Shown: piece after piece, positions 20,888 to 31,189 of the stretch
Layout: every line of letters starts with the position of its first letter
How positions within the stretch are numbered: position 1 is the stretch's first letter
Translations under genes and position numbers: made by a program
Source of the DNA: Longimicrobiales bacterium
Lineage (GTDB): Bacteria; Gemmatimonadota; Gemmatimonadetes; Longimicrobiales; Gaopeijiaceae
Assembly: GCA_965202985.1 (NCBI GenBank)
Contig: CBDBCF010000001.1
Location: 1,824,001-1,888,000, forward strand
DNA: 64,000 bases
Direction: 5' to 3'
The notes under the pieces: model-generated
Seen by the model: the letters and a program-made list of their open reading frames with translations, nothing else
The model's database searches: none
What the model was told of the DNA's origin: nothing

Positions 20888-23800
20888 ATGGACGAAAGAC
20901 ACGTTCGAACGAGACGCGCACTCGCCAGGTTCCCGATCCTTGCCGGGGTCGCGCTGACCACACTGGCTTGGGCTCCGCTTTCCGCCCAGACCGGGACGGT
21001 CACGGGGACCGTGCGAAACGCATCCAACGGCCAGGCCATTACCGGTGCCCAGGTGAGCATCGAGGCGCTCAACACGGGAATCCTGACAAACAACGTAGGC
21101 CGCTACGTCTTGGTGGGCGTGCCAGCAGGCGCCCACACGGTCGAAGTCCGATACATCGGCTACTCTCCCGAGACGATGGAGGTCACAGTGGCCTCCGGCG
21201 GGGCGGTGACGGCCGACTTCGAGCTCCGGTCCGACGCGATCAGCCTGGAGGGCGTGGTCGTCACGGGGACAGCGGGGGCCGCCCGGCGTCGCGAGATCGG
21301 AAACTCGGTGTCCTCGATCAACGAAGAGGTATTCGAGTCAGCCCCAATCTCCAGGGTCAGCGAGGTCCTCCAGGGCCGCACGCTCGGCGCCACAGTGCTG
21401 AACAACGGCGGCCAGATCGGCGCAGGCACGACGATCAAGCTGCGCGGCAACAACTCGGTCTCGTTCAGCAACTCGCCCCTGATCTACGTCGACGGCGTGC
21501 GCATGCGGGAGCGAGCGCTCCTCAACTCCAACAACGAAGCCAACCAGCGAACCAACCCCTTCGACGACCTGAATCCCGCCGACGTCGAACGGATCGAGGT
21601 CATCAAGGGAGCCGCCGCCACCACGCTGTACGGCACCGAAGCATCGGGCGGCGTCATTCAGATCTTCACGAAGCGCGGCGCGGCCGGAGCTCCGGCGTGG
21701 TCGTTTACAACCGAGCAGGGGGTGAACAACCTCGGGCACGTAGGACCCGATGCCGACATCAACCCCACCGGACTTGGCCTGAACAACTGCAACTTCACGG
21801 GCAACAGCAACTTTCCGTCAGGCGATTCCCAGTTTCCCGTCGATCCTTCTTGTCCCGCAAGCGGTTCCTGGCTGAAGAACGGATACTCGCACAGCTACAA
21901 CCTGTCGGTTCGCGGCGGCGCCGAACGCATGAACTACTTCATGTCGGCCAAGTGGGCCAAGCAGGGCGGGGTCTTCGATACCGGCATCGACGACTGGGGG
22001 AATGCACGGCCCGAACAGGGCCAAGAGAGCTGGAATTTGCGCGGCAACTTTTCGTTCGCTCCTGCCGAGGGAGTGGACATACGCGTGAACAACTACTACG
22101 CGCATCGCGAAGTGATCTGGATCCCGGACGGCAATAACGCGGAAGGGCTCCTGCTGAACGTATTCCGGGGCGGCAGCGACTACACGAACGACTCGGACGG
22201 TCAGCTTCTCGACATGGACTCCGACAACAACAACGATCACTTTACGACCGGCGTCAACATTCTCTGGAACGCGGACCACGGGATCACGCACCGCCTGAAT
22301 GCGGGCTTGGATTGGGTCCGGGTCCAGTATTACGAGGAACGGCCCTGGGGCTATTTCTACGTACCGCTCGGCAACCGCGAGAGCGACGAGAGCGTGTCGC
22401 GCAAGCTCACCATGGACTACGCAGGGTCGTGGACTCACGACGACCTGTGGGGGCTTTCTTCGACCTTCTCGTGGGGTGGACAGATATACAACGACTTCAT
22501 CACGGGTCGTCGTGGTTTCGGCGAGGACTTCCCGGGTCCCGGCGACAAGGTCGTCCAATCCGGTGCGATCACCGAGGCTACCGAGACCAATAGCAGAGTG
22601 ACGACCGGAGGCTTCTTCTTCCAAGAGGTCGTCGGCATCGCCGACCGCGTCTTCCTCACCGGCGGCCTTAGGATCGACGGCCACTCGGCATTCGGCGAAG
22701 ACTTCGGGCTGCAACCGTATCCGAAGGGCTCGATCTCGTACGTAATCTCCGACGAAGACTTCTTCCCCTCCTCTTTGGGGACGCTGAAGTTGCGAAGCGC
22801 AATCGGCGAATCAGGGAAGGCGCCGGGTCTCTTCGACGCGGCAAGGACGTGGGCGTCCGTCGCGGGAGACAACGGAAAGCCTGCCGTCACTCCCAACAAC
22901 CTCGGGAGCCGCAACCTGGGCCCCGAGCGGACCCGGGAATGGGAAGTCGGCTTTGAAGGCAGTTCGTTGAGCGACCGGCTGTCGTTCGAGTACACGTACT
23001 TCAACCAAAACACTTTTGACGCTCTGATTCCGGTAGCCCAAACGCCTTCGGGAGGATTCACCGGCACGCAGTTCGAGAACGTCGGCGAGCTCAGGACGAC
23101 GGGCCACGAGCTCCTGGTCAACGGTACGCTGCTGGCCACGGACGACTTGATCTGGGACGCCGGGGCCAGTATCTCCACGAATCAAACTCGCGTCTTGGAC
23201 TTGGGAGGGCTGACAAGCATCAACCTCGGGTGGCGCAACTACGTTCGCGCCCCTACCGAATGCACGACGGAGATGTCCAATGGCGCTTCCTTTGACGGGA
23301 ACGGATTTATTGGCCAAGGGTGCACGGTTGGCGAGATGGTGTACTTCCCGTTGCCGGCTTTCTGTCACGACAGAGTGCAGAATCCCGACGAGGTGGGCGC
23401 CAGCCCGGACTACGACGAACAGTGCCTCGGAGCCACGACGCCTACTCGCACGATCGGCTTCAACACGGCGATCACCCTCTTCGACCGCCTTACCATGGAC
23501 ATGGTCTGGGAGCACATGGGTGGTCACTGGCTTTCGTCGGGCACGGCCTACCAGAACGTGCGGCGTCGCGTGTGGCCGGCCTGTCGCGCCACGGTCGAGG
23601 CGATAGCGGCGGGGAACGTCGGGAGCCTGACGGCCGGAGAACGCGCCCTCTGCGATCGCTCCGTCACTCGCTACGGCATGTGGACCCAGCCGGCGGACTT
23701 CACGAAGTTGCGCTCGGCGTCGATAAGCTTCCGCGTCCCGGAAGACTGGTTGCCTGGTCAGTTCCGGGCGGCGACCGTTCGTCTGCAAGGGCGCAACTTG

Positions 23801-23935
23801 TTGACCTTCACGGACTACGAGGGCGTTGATCCCGAGGCCTTCGAAGACGGCTCTCGCGAGGTTCTCTTCCGCCAGGAATACTACAACCTGCCTCCGATCC
23901 GCAGCTTCCAGCTGTCGGTCAAGGTCGACTTCTAG
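20888..23935 (+). CDS. susC: SusC/RagA family TonB-linked outer membrane protein
   Basis: Signal peptide, CarboxypepD_reg N-terminus, PLIYVDG, IERIEVIKGAAATTLYG..ASGGVIQIFTK plug motif, NLGPERTREWEVG, terminal F; followed by susD. Confidence 0.92.
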   Translation: MDERHVRTRRALARFPILAGVALTTLAWAPLSAQTGTVTGTVRNASNGQAITGAQVSIEALNTGILTNNVGRYVLVGVPAGAHTVEVRYIGYSPETMEVTVASGGAVTADFELRSDAISLEGVVVTGTAGAARRREIGNSVSSINEEVFESAPISRVSEVLQGRTLGATVLNNGGQIGAGTTIKLRGNNSVSFSNSPLIYVDGVRMRERALLNSNNEANQRTNPFDDLNPADVERIEVIKGAAATTLYGTEASGGVIQIFTKRGAAGAPAWSFTTEQGVNNLGHVGPDADINPTGLGLNNCNFTGNSNFPSGDSQFPVDPSCPASGSWLKNGYSHSYNLSVRGGAERMNYFMSAKWAKQGGVFDTGIDDWGNARPEQGQESWNLRGNFSFAPAEGVDIRVNNYYAHREVIWIPDGNNAEGLLLNVFRGGSDYTNDSDGQLLDMDSDNNNDHFTTGVNILWNADHGITHRLNAGLDWVRVQYYEERPWGYFYVPLGNRESDESVSRKLTMDYAGSWTHDDLWGLSSTFSWGGQIYNDFITGRRGFGEDFPGPGDKVVQSGAITEATETNSRVTTGGFFFQEVVGIADRVFLTGGLRIDGHSAFGEDFGLQPYPKGSISYVISDEDFFPSSLGTLKLRSAIGESGKAPGLFDAARTWASVAGDNGKPAVTPNNLGSRNLGPERTREWEVGFEGSSLSDRLSFEYTYFNQNTFDALIPVAQTPSGGFTGTQFENVGELRTTGHELLVNGTLLATDDLIWDAGASISTNQTRVLDLGGLTSINLGWRNYVRAPTECTTEMSNGASFDGNGFIGQGCTVGEMVYFPLPAFCHDRVQNPDEVGASPDYDEQCLGATTPTRTIGFNTAITLFDRLTMDMVWEHMGGHWLSSGTAYQNVRRRVWPACRATVEAIAAGNVGSLTAGERALCDRSVTRYGMWTQPADFTKLRSASISFRVPEDWLPGQFRAATVRLQGRNLLTFTDYEGVDPEAFEDGSREVLFRQEYYNLPPIRSFQLSVKVDF

Positions 23936-23954
23936 CCAGGAGCGAGACTTCGAC

Positions 23955-25313
23955 ATGAGACACACGAAAAAGACGATCAAGTCGCTGTTGCTTGCGGGCA
24001 CGGCGACTCTGGTGTTCGCCGCGTGCGATGGCAGCTTCTTCGACGTCGCGAACCCGGGCGCCATCTTGGACGATGACCTCAACATTCCCGAGGTCGTCGG
24101 CTCGCTGGTCACGGGAATGTCCGCGGACTTTTCCGCCTCCTACGACAACTTGACGTTCGCCACGGCGATTCTGTCGGACGAGATCGTCGGCTCCGGCAGC
24201 TACTTCTCGACGGGCCGCTACCGCAGGGGCCTCTTCGACTCGGAGGATGCCAACGGTTTTTGGAACGGCGTTCAGAGAGCGCGGTGGGTGTCGGAGGCCG
24301 GACTTCTCCGCATGGCCCAAATCGAGGGCTACCAGTTCAGCGGAAACGGCGAGACAGCCAGAGCGTATCTCTTCGCAGGGCTTGCCAATCGATGGTTCGG
24401 CGAGAACTTCTGCGGAGTCATCTTCAGTCAGCCCTACACCAGCGAGGCACCTGGGCCGGGGGGCGAAGTAGACACGGGTGATTACGTCGATCGGGAGAAC
24501 GCCTTCCGACGTGCAGTGGCTGCGCTCGGACAGGCCATCCAACACGGCGGCCAAGCGAGCAGGCAGGACATCGTCAATGCCGCAGAGGGTACGCTCGCCC
24601 AAGTCAACGTAGGGCTGGGCGACTGGGCAGCGGTGGCGACCCACGCCGCTCGCGTGCCGACGGACTTCGTTTGGTACGCAAACTACTCCTCGAACTCGGG
24701 GCGCGAAGAAAGCCAAATGTGGGTGGAGACCCATCGCCGTCACGAGACGTCGGCTTTCATGACGCTCGCGGGCACCGTTGGCGAAGGCGATCCGCGGACC
24801 CCTTGGACGGACTGTTCCGATCCGGCCGCAGGTTGCTCCAGCGCGAATGGAGCCGATGGCACCACCATTCACTATCGACAGGAAAAGTACCCGACCCGAG
24901 ACGACGACATTCCCTTGGTCAAAGGCACGGAAATGCGTCTTCTGGAGGCGGAAAAGGCCCTTCGCGAAAACAACCTCGAAGCTGCGATGGCCAAGATCAA
25001 CGAGGTGAGAACGTTCCACGGCCTGGACCCCGTGGAGTCCGACGGCACCATTGGTCGGATCACAGGCGGCGACGGAGGAGGAGCCAACCCGACGTCGATG
25101 TCGGGCTGGGACATCCTGGATCGGGAACGTCACCTGACGATGTGGCTGGAGGGGCGGCGACTTTGGGACCTCCATCGCTGGGATCACCCGCACCTCGACG
25201 GCGGTGGGGTTCTCTACGAGGCGACGGTGGCGCGACGCACTTCGTGTCTGCCGGTCTCCGACCAGGAGTGCCAGACCAACGAGAAAGCCGCCGACCTGTG
25301 CTTCACGATGTGA
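23955..25313 (+). CDS. susD: SusD/RagB family nutrient-binding lipoprotein
   Basis: Lipobox VFAAC; motifs EMRLLEAE, INEVR and ILDRERHLTMWLEGRRLWDLHRW. Confidence 0.9.
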   Translation: MRHTKKTIKSLLLAGTATLVFAACDGSFFDVANPGAILDDDLNIPEVVGSLVTGMSADFSASYDNLTFATAILSDEIVGSGSYFSTGRYRRGLFDSEDANGFWNGVQRARWVSEAGLLRMAQIEGYQFSGNGETARAYLFAGLANRWFGENFCGVIFSQPYTSEAPGPGGEVDTGDYVDRENAFRRAVAALGQAIQHGGQASRQDIVNAAEGTLAQVNVGLGDWAAVATHAARVPTDFVWYANYSSNSGREESQMWVETHRRHETSAFMTLAGTVGEGDPRTPWTDCSDPAAGCSSANGADGTTIHYRQEKYPTRDDDIPLVKGTEMRLLEAEKALRENNLEAAMAKINEVRTFHGLDPVESDGTIGRITGGDGGGANPTSMSGWDILDRERHLTMWLEGRRLWDLHRWDHPHLDGGGVLYEATVARRTSCLPVSDQECQTNEKAADLCFTM

Positions 25314-25332
25314 CGCGGTTCGGCTGACGAAA

Positions 25333-25369
25333 CGCCCCCCGACCCGAACCCATTCCGGGTCGGGGGGCG
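25333..25369. terminator. Perfect 14-bp stem-loop after susD
   Basis: cgccccccgacccg - 9 nt loop - cgggtcggggggcg; weak U-tract on the + strand. Confidence 0.65.
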
Positions 25370-25393
25370 AATTCCCTACTTGAACGGGAACCT

Positions 25394-26242
25394 TTGATGA
25401 CGCGTTCGCGCCTTGGGGCAATGGCGATGACGGCTAGTGCTGCATGGTGGTCGGCTCTTTCGCCGGCCGGCTCCGCCGCCCAACTTGCGGTCGAAGGCGA
25501 GGTCCTGGACGACGTCACGGGTCTGCCCGTTGGCGGTGCGGTCGTAGCGTTTCCCGATCTGGGTCTTGGAACCCTGGCGGACGACTTCGGATACTTCGCC
25601 TTTGCTGCGGTCCCTGAAGGTGCCCATGCCATTGTTGCCTACCACGTGTCCTACGTCGCCCTGTCGACTGTGACGCCCGTAGCGGCTGGCGAGACCCTGG
25701 TGATCAAGCTGACGCCGAATCCCATGCCGATCCCGGGGCTCGACGTGACCGTGCGGCACAACGACGAAATCGACGGCGACCGTACCGGAAGGGCGTCCGA
25801 CTTCATTTCCAGCAGCGACGTTGCGACGATCGCACGGCGGACGAGCCATCTGCTGGACGTGCTGCGGTCCAAGGCGCCGCCGAGGTTGAACATCCAGCAA
25901 CGGGGCGGCCCAGGCGGCATCTCGTTCTGCATCCGGTCGACCCGGCGTTCCCCTTCCGTCCGAGAACTGATGGACTTGGGAACGGGATGCAGTCCGGCAT
26001 TGGTGGTGGTGGACGGCGTGGTAGTCTACGCTCCGCCGGCGGTCATGGAAATGGCAGTCATGGAAGCCCCCACCTTGCCCGAAGACGTGGCATACATGAT
26101 CCTGACCCAGGATCCGAACGAAATAGAGAGCATCCGCGTGCGTTCGCCTTCGGATGCGTTCTTCCGCTACGGCTACAGTGGTCGCCTAGGCGTAGTGGAG
26201 ATCAAAACGCGACACCCACGGAAAAAGGAGACTAGAGAATGA
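25394..26242 (+). CDS. Secreted CarboxypepD_reg + TonB plug-like protein lacking a barrel
   Basis: Signal peptide; VEGEVLDDVTGLPVGGAVV; ends with VVVDGV...EIESIRV...RYG..GRLGVVEIKTR and then stops. Confidence 0.75.
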   Translation: MMTRSRLGAMAMTASAAWWSALSPAGSAAQLAVEGEVLDDVTGLPVGGAVVAFPDLGLGTLADDFGYFAFAAVPEGAHAIVAYHVSYVALSTVTPVAAGETLVIKLTPNPMPIPGLDVTVRHNDEIDGDRTGRASDFISSSDVATIARRTSHLLDVLRSKAPPRLNIQQRGGPGGISFCIRSTRRSPSVRELMDLGTGCSPALVVVDGVVVYAPPAVMEMAVMEAPTLPEDVAYMILTQDPNEIESIRVRSPSDAFFRYGYSGRLGVVEIKTRHPRKKETRE

Positions 26243-26940
26243 AGAAGTCAGTGTTGTTGTTCGCTGCCCTGGCTGCGACGGCGTGCCTTGCTCCCGAGGG
26301 GCACACAGCGCCGGAGGACCGGTCGCCCACGATGACCGTCACAAGCACCGAGATCACCTTTGGCGCCGACGCGACAGCAGGCGCGCTGCGGGACGTGTCG
26401 ATGGAACTGTCGAATCCCGACGCGCTTGCACTGGCCGCAAGAGAGCGCGGACAGTCGGTGGAAGAACGAAGAGCGGTTCTTGCCGAAACACTTCGGGACC
26501 TGGAACTTCAACTCGAAGAACACCCGGACGATCATGCGAGCAGTGCCGCCTGTGTACGTCATCGGGACGCCGGATACCGGACTCGAAACACCCGTGTCGA
26601 GTTGAATATCATTCATCCGGGATCAGGTATCTTCTATGTCACTTCCTATACGGCTGCGACGCGAACGACGGACATTACGCAATCTACGTACATGGAAATA
26701 AATGCCGGAGGCGGATTCTATTTTCCATATATAGCTGTTGATCATCCGACGGGATGCGGCATTGCAATGCGCACGAACGTCGTCGGCACCTACGATTTGG
26801 ATCTTGCGCTGTCTCGGACATATGATGCATATGCAGAAACCTCCCATCTATTGCCACTGACCACACTCGGAATGTCTTGGACATTTGCAACAGACAGCTA
26901 CACCGGTACAGTTCAACCTGGACACGGAGAAGAACACTGA
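26239..26940 (+). CDS. Hypothetical lipoprotein with AT-richer C-terminal half
   Basis: AAGGAG RBS, ATGA overlap with the upstream gene, lipobox LAATAC. Confidence 0.7.
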   Translation: MKKSVLLFAALAATACLAPEGHTAPEDRSPTMTVTSTEITFGADATAGALRDVSMELSNPDALALAARERGQSVEERRAVLAETLRDLELQLEEHPDDHASSAACVRHRDAGYRTRNTRVELNIIHPGSGIFYVTSYTAATRTTDITQSTYMEINAGGGFYFPYIAVDHPTGCGIAMRTNVVGTYDLDLALSRTYDAYAETSHLLPLTTLGMSWTFATDSYTGTVQPGHGEEH

Positions 26941-26977
26941 TCTGACTGGCTGCAACGCCTAGCGTCTGGACACACAC

Positions 26978-28582
26978 ATGTCTCCCTTGCCGCTCGCTTT
27001 GCCGGCCGGCCTTTCCTTGGCCCTTGCGGCCTTTCTCCTGGCCCCGAACCTACGCGCCGTCCCAGGCCTCTTCTGGTCATTCATTCTGGCGCCGGCCGCA
27101 CTGCTCGCGTGGACCGCCTGGCTTTACGCCCGCCTACGCCGGCAGGCCGACCAGCCTGCAGACGCAACCAGTCGTCCGGGCGGCAGCGACGCCCCCGCGC
27201 CCGCAGGCCTCGCTCTCGACTTCGCCCTTCGACTGCCCCACTGGGTTCAGACGCTGGCCCAGGGGGGCATCATTCTTTGGTGGGGTTGGCATGTGCGCCC
27301 CGTGTACGAGTTCGCGCCGTTCATTCTGGCGCAGCTGCTCCTTGCGGTGGCGGTGGACAGCCTCTTCGCCTTTATGCGGAGGGGGCGCTACACGCTGGGG
27401 TTCGGACCGGTGCCGGTGGTGTTCAGCCTGAACTTGTTCCTGTGGTTCCATCTGCCGTGGTTCTTCTTCCAGATGGCCATGGTGGTGCTGACGTACGCCG
27501 GGAAGGAGTTCGTTCAATGGCGCCTGCACGGTCGGCGGCGGCACGTCTTCAATCCGTCGGCGTTCGCGCTCGCCATTGCCGCCGTGGCGCTGATCGTCAC
27601 GGGCCAAACGGAGCAGCTCACGCAGGGCATCGAGATCGCCCAAAGCCAGTACGTTCCGCCGCACATCTTCCTGGTCATCTTCTTGGCCGCTCTGCCGGCC
27701 CAGCTGCTCTTCGGTGTCGTCACCATGACGCTGCCCGCCGTGCTGGTCATGTACGGATTCAGCGCCGCGTACCACGCCGCCACCGGCATCTTCTACTTCT
27801 ACGACGCGTATATTCCCATTGCGGTGTTCCTGGGCCTGCACCTGCTCTTCACGGACCCGGCCACGTCGCCGCGTTCGGAGCTCGGGCGCGTCTGCTTCGG
27901 CGTCATCTACGGAACCGGGGTCGTTGTCGGCGCGGTTCTGCTGAACGCCGTCGGCGCGCCGACCTTCTACGACAAGATCCTGCCCGTGCCGATCCTGAAC
28001 GCCTTGGCTCCGCGACTGGACCGCTGGGCGGAACGGCTGGCGGCCCGGTTGCGCATGGCCTGGGCCGCGGCGCCCGGCCCCGTTCCCCGGCCGCGCCGGT
28101 TCGCCACGGTGGGGCTGTGGGCCGCCGTCTTTGCCGCTTTGAGCGTCACCGGCGGCATCGGCGACGAACACCCCGGCCAGTACTACCCGTTCTGGCAAAA
28201 GGCCTGCGACCGCGGAAGCGAACGCGCCTGCGACTACCTGGGCGTCATGCAGTGGAAGTTCTGCGACCGGGGCTCGGGCTGGGCCTGCAACGAGTTCGGC
28301 CTCTTCCTGCTGGCAATGGACAACGACCGCCGGGGCGCCCAAGGTGAATTCGGGCGCTCGTGCAACCAGGGATACGCCCCCGGATGTAGCAACCTCAACC
28401 GGCTAATGCAGGGCGAAACCGCCCTGGCGAGCTACGTCCGGGACGCTCCCCCCGTCCGCGAACTGCCCCTGGTGCTCCAGGGCAGCAAGGGACCCGTCGA
28501 AGAGCGTGACGTCGGTGCCCTGCTGGCCCTGGCGTGCGAGCGCGGCTGGTCCTGGGGATGCGAGAGCGGAGGCGAGGGCTAG
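26978..28582 (+). CDS. RnfD/NqrB-like polytopic membrane protein with C-terminal Sel1-like Cys repeats
   Basis: HVFNPSAF and FTDPATSP motifs; ACDRGSERAC, FCDRGSGWAC, SCNQGYAPGC, ACERGWSWGC. Confidence 0.7.
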   Translation: MSPLPLALPAGLSLALAAFLLAPNLRAVPGLFWSFILAPAALLAWTAWLYARLRRQADQPADATSRPGGSDAPAPAGLALDFALRLPHWVQTLAQGGIILWWGWHVRPVYEFAPFILAQLLLAVAVDSLFAFMRRGRYTLGFGPVPVVFSLNLFLWFHLPWFFFQMAMVVLTYAGKEFVQWRLHGRRRHVFNPSAFALAIAAVALIVTGQTEQLTQGIEIAQSQYVPPHIFLVIFLAALPAQLLFGVVTMTLPAVLVMYGFSAAYHAATGIFYFYDAYIPIAVFLGLHLLFTDPATSPRSELGRVCFGVIYGTGVVVGAVLLNAVGAPTFYDKILPVPILNALAPRLDRWAERLAARLRMAWAAAPGPVPRPRRFATVGLWAAVFAALSVTGGIGDEHPGQYYPFWQKACDRGSERACDYLGVMQWKFCDRGSGWACNEFGLFLLAMDNDRRGAQGEFGRSCNQGYAPGCSNLNRLMQGETALASYVRDAPPVRELPLVLQGSKGPVEERDVGALLALACERGWSWGCESGGEG

Positions 28583-28847
28583 GGCCATAGGGCTGGACGC
28601 GCCAAGCGCTAAGCCGTTCTGGAATCGTCAGTCCCTACGCGGATTAGTTGTTCGAGGTGCCGTCAAGTTCGAGGCGTCCGTCAGTTCCAGTATCTTGTTT
28701 CCAATTGCCTGCGCATAGACTCGATGTCCTCGGACCTCTAGATGGCCGCCGGCGTCATAGAAGAACGGCTCCGCGGAATCCATTGCCTCTCTTCTCGCGA
28801 CGCTCGTCATGTCCATGTAAGGAAGGCCCGAAGACGCAACGATTTCC

Positions 28848-30241
28848 GGCTCTTCGCTTAACCTAGTGGGTTCGCGGTTGGGCAGAGTGCTGAGCATCGC
28901 TTGTCGAGGAAGGCGGGACGAGGGGTCTACGGGGTCACCGGCGGGCGGTGCGGGGCGAGAGGTCGAGGCCGCCGAGGTGGAAGAGGATGGCGGTGACGAA
29001 GCGGTCGTAGTTGCGGAAGCCGCGGCTGCGGGCCTTGACCATCTGGATCCTGCTGTTGATGCTCTCGGCCGGGCCGTTGGTCGCTCGCAGCACGACGGCG
29101 TTGAGTATGCCCCACAGGTGGGCGCCGACCATCTCGGCGACCTTGTGAACGGGCGCGAGCCCGCAGCCCGACGCCCATTGCAGCCAGTGCAGCCAGGCGT
29201 TCTCGGCCGAGCCCCGGAGCTTGTAGTCCCACAGCTTCGATGCCGCCTCCTTCACCGCCCAGGCGCGGGCGGTCCGGTCCACGTTCTTGCGCAGCGCCGC
29301 GAACGCCAGCTTCTCGGCGTGACTCATCTTGCCGCGTCCAGTCAGCCACCGGTAGCGCGTCCTCGCGAGCACGGCGCTGCCCTGCGCCAGCAGCTCGCGG
29401 TGCTCGGCGCGCCGCACCTTGTCCACCGCGTCCGCCAGGTGCTTGGCCACGTGGAAGCGGTCGAACGCCGTCTTCAGCTCCGCGCCCGGCACCCACTCCC
29501 CCGTCGCCGCCACGTAGGGGCCCCACATGTCCATCGACACGCTCTCCAACCCGGCCAGCCAGCCGCCGTCCCTGCTCCGGTAGAACTGCGCCAGCGACTC
29601 TCGGGTCCGACCCTTCGCCACGTGCAGCACGCGCCCCGTGTCCGTGTCCGACACGATCGTCGCGTACCGGTGGCCGCGCTTGACCGACGTCTCGTCCACC
29701 GCCAGCCGCCGGACCGGCTCCGCCTTCCGGCGCTCGAGCCCCCGGCGCACCGCCCGCTCCATGATGCCGCTCACAGCGTTCCAGCTCATCCTCATGCGCT
29801 TCGACACCCCCAGGATGCTGGCCTCGCCGAGCCACGCCGTCACCTCCTCCTCGAACGCCGCCGTGTACCTCGACTTGTCCGCCGCCCAGGGCATCGATGC
29901 CGTCCGCACCCCGTGCTCCGGACACTCGACCCGAGGCAGGTCGCAGACCACGAACGTCTTGTAGCCCCAAGCGTCCAGGTGCCGCCACTCCCGCTCCCGA
30001 GCGTCGTATCCCGGACACGGCCGGCCGCACTCGGGACACGTCAGAGGCTCGCCCGTCCGCCTCGCCACGCGCACCCGCGCCTCCATCAGCACCGGGTCCT
30101 CCTCGACCCCCTTCACCTCCCAGCCCGGCCCCAACGCCATCAAGCTCTCCACCCACTTCCGCATCTCCATCCTCGCCTCCTCGGTTCATGGTCCATGTCG
30201 CCCCTTGATCCTACACAGCCCACACCATATGGGGAAGCGCC
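28848..30241 (-). mobile_element. ISL3 family insertion sequence (1394 bp)
   Basis: Imperfect 23-bp inverted ends (ggctcttcgcttaacctagtggg / ggcgcttccccatatggtgtggg); 8-bp direct repeat cgatttcc at 28840-28847 and 30242-30249. Confidence 0.93.
28935..30170 (-). CDS. ISL3 family transposase
   Basis: 411 aa; zinc finger CPECG...WRHLD...CPEHG; DDE motifs VDET, SMDMW, FDRFHV, AESINS, RSRGFRN. Confidence 0.95.
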   Translation of the reverse strand: MEMRKWVESLMALGPGWEVKGVEEDPVLMEARVRVARRTGEPLTCPECGRPCPGYDAREREWRHLDAWGYKTFVVCDLPRVECPEHGVRTASMPWAADKSRYTAAFEEEVTAWLGEASILGVSKRMRMSWNAVSGIMERAVRRGLERRKAEPVRRLAVDETSVKRGHRYATIVSDTDTGRVLHVAKGRTRESLAQFYRSRDGGWLAGLESVSMDMWGPYVAATGEWVPGAELKTAFDRFHVAKHLADAVDKVRRAEHRELLAQGSAVLARTRYRWLTGRGKMSHAEKLAFAALRKNVDRTARAWAVKEAASKLWDYKLRGSAENAWLHWLQWASGCGLAPVHKVAEMVGAHLWGILNAVVLRATNGPAESINSRIQMVKARSRGFRNYDRFVTAILFHLGGLDLSPRTARR

Positions 30242-31189
30242 CGATTTCCTCGAGCTCGCGAGCCAATGCGGATGCGGATGCGCTATCGAGGCACGGCAGG
30301 TGAGGGTTTATCGCGACGCTCTCCGCATCCACGTCCGCGACTTCACGGGGGTCGGGGGACCGCACGAGTAGCACGATGGCGCCCTCGTTCTGTTTCTGTG
30401 CGAGTTCCCGGAGCAGTCCTGCAAAGCTCGCTCGCGCCACCACAGGCCCGTAAGCCTCGTCGCACGAATTTTCGCGTTGGAGAAACACCAGCATACGTGA
30501 TGTCGTGTAGGCCGCAAGCTCCCACAACGCTGGAAACCAACCCGGAGGATTGCGCTGCAGCCAGGATCTACCGCCGATGTCCTGTTGAGCCCTGAAGAGG
30601 TTCCACCAACCGAAGACCGTGACGATCACGTTGGCGCTGTCTCCGGCGCGATCGTAGCGAAGCCGGCTCGTCATGTTGTCCAAGCCGTATGCGTTAACTC
30701 CAGCGTTGCCGCAAACTGTCTCCAAGCCAGTTGCATCTTCGATCCTCTCGCACGACAACTCTGCGAAGGTGTCGCGATCGTCGATGTAGGATCCGCCCCA
30801 GGTCACGCTGTCCCCAATCCACAGAACCTTGAGCGCGGCCGGCTCCATCCAGCTTTCGGCGCTTCGATATCCACTCTCGTTGATCGTCACCCACGCCCCG
30901 CGACGACGTTGCAGGCTTTGACTGGGTCGGGGCGCGTACCGGTAGGCGGTGTTCGTGCGGTAGATGACGGGATTGCCCAACCCGACGATGCGCAGCCCAA
31001 GCTCGGCGAGAACAAGGCCTCCCAAGACGCCGGCCAGCACGAGCATGCAAGAAACGAGCTTGCGCACGAGCGGGCGTCGAACGGTCTTCGGCTTGTTCGG
31101 TCTTCTGTTATTGGTCGCCACGCGCATCGGTCCTGTTTCGACCTCTTATTCCGGTTGTCGATCGCCCCTTGTGTATCGGTGGAACCGGG

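Larger units (their letters stand above)
28628..31127 (-). pseudogene. SGNH/GDSL hydrolase family gene interrupted by ISL3
   Basis: The 5' part has IGDSVTWG and NAGVNAYG; the 3' part has FYDAGGHLEVRGHRVYA. Removing the IS and one target copy restores an in-frame 365-aa ORF (ELEEI|VASSG). Confidence 0.9.

Noticed and set aside
28628..28897. Independent 89-aa gene
   Set aside because: Its start lies inside the IS end; it is the C-terminal fragment of the SGNH gene.
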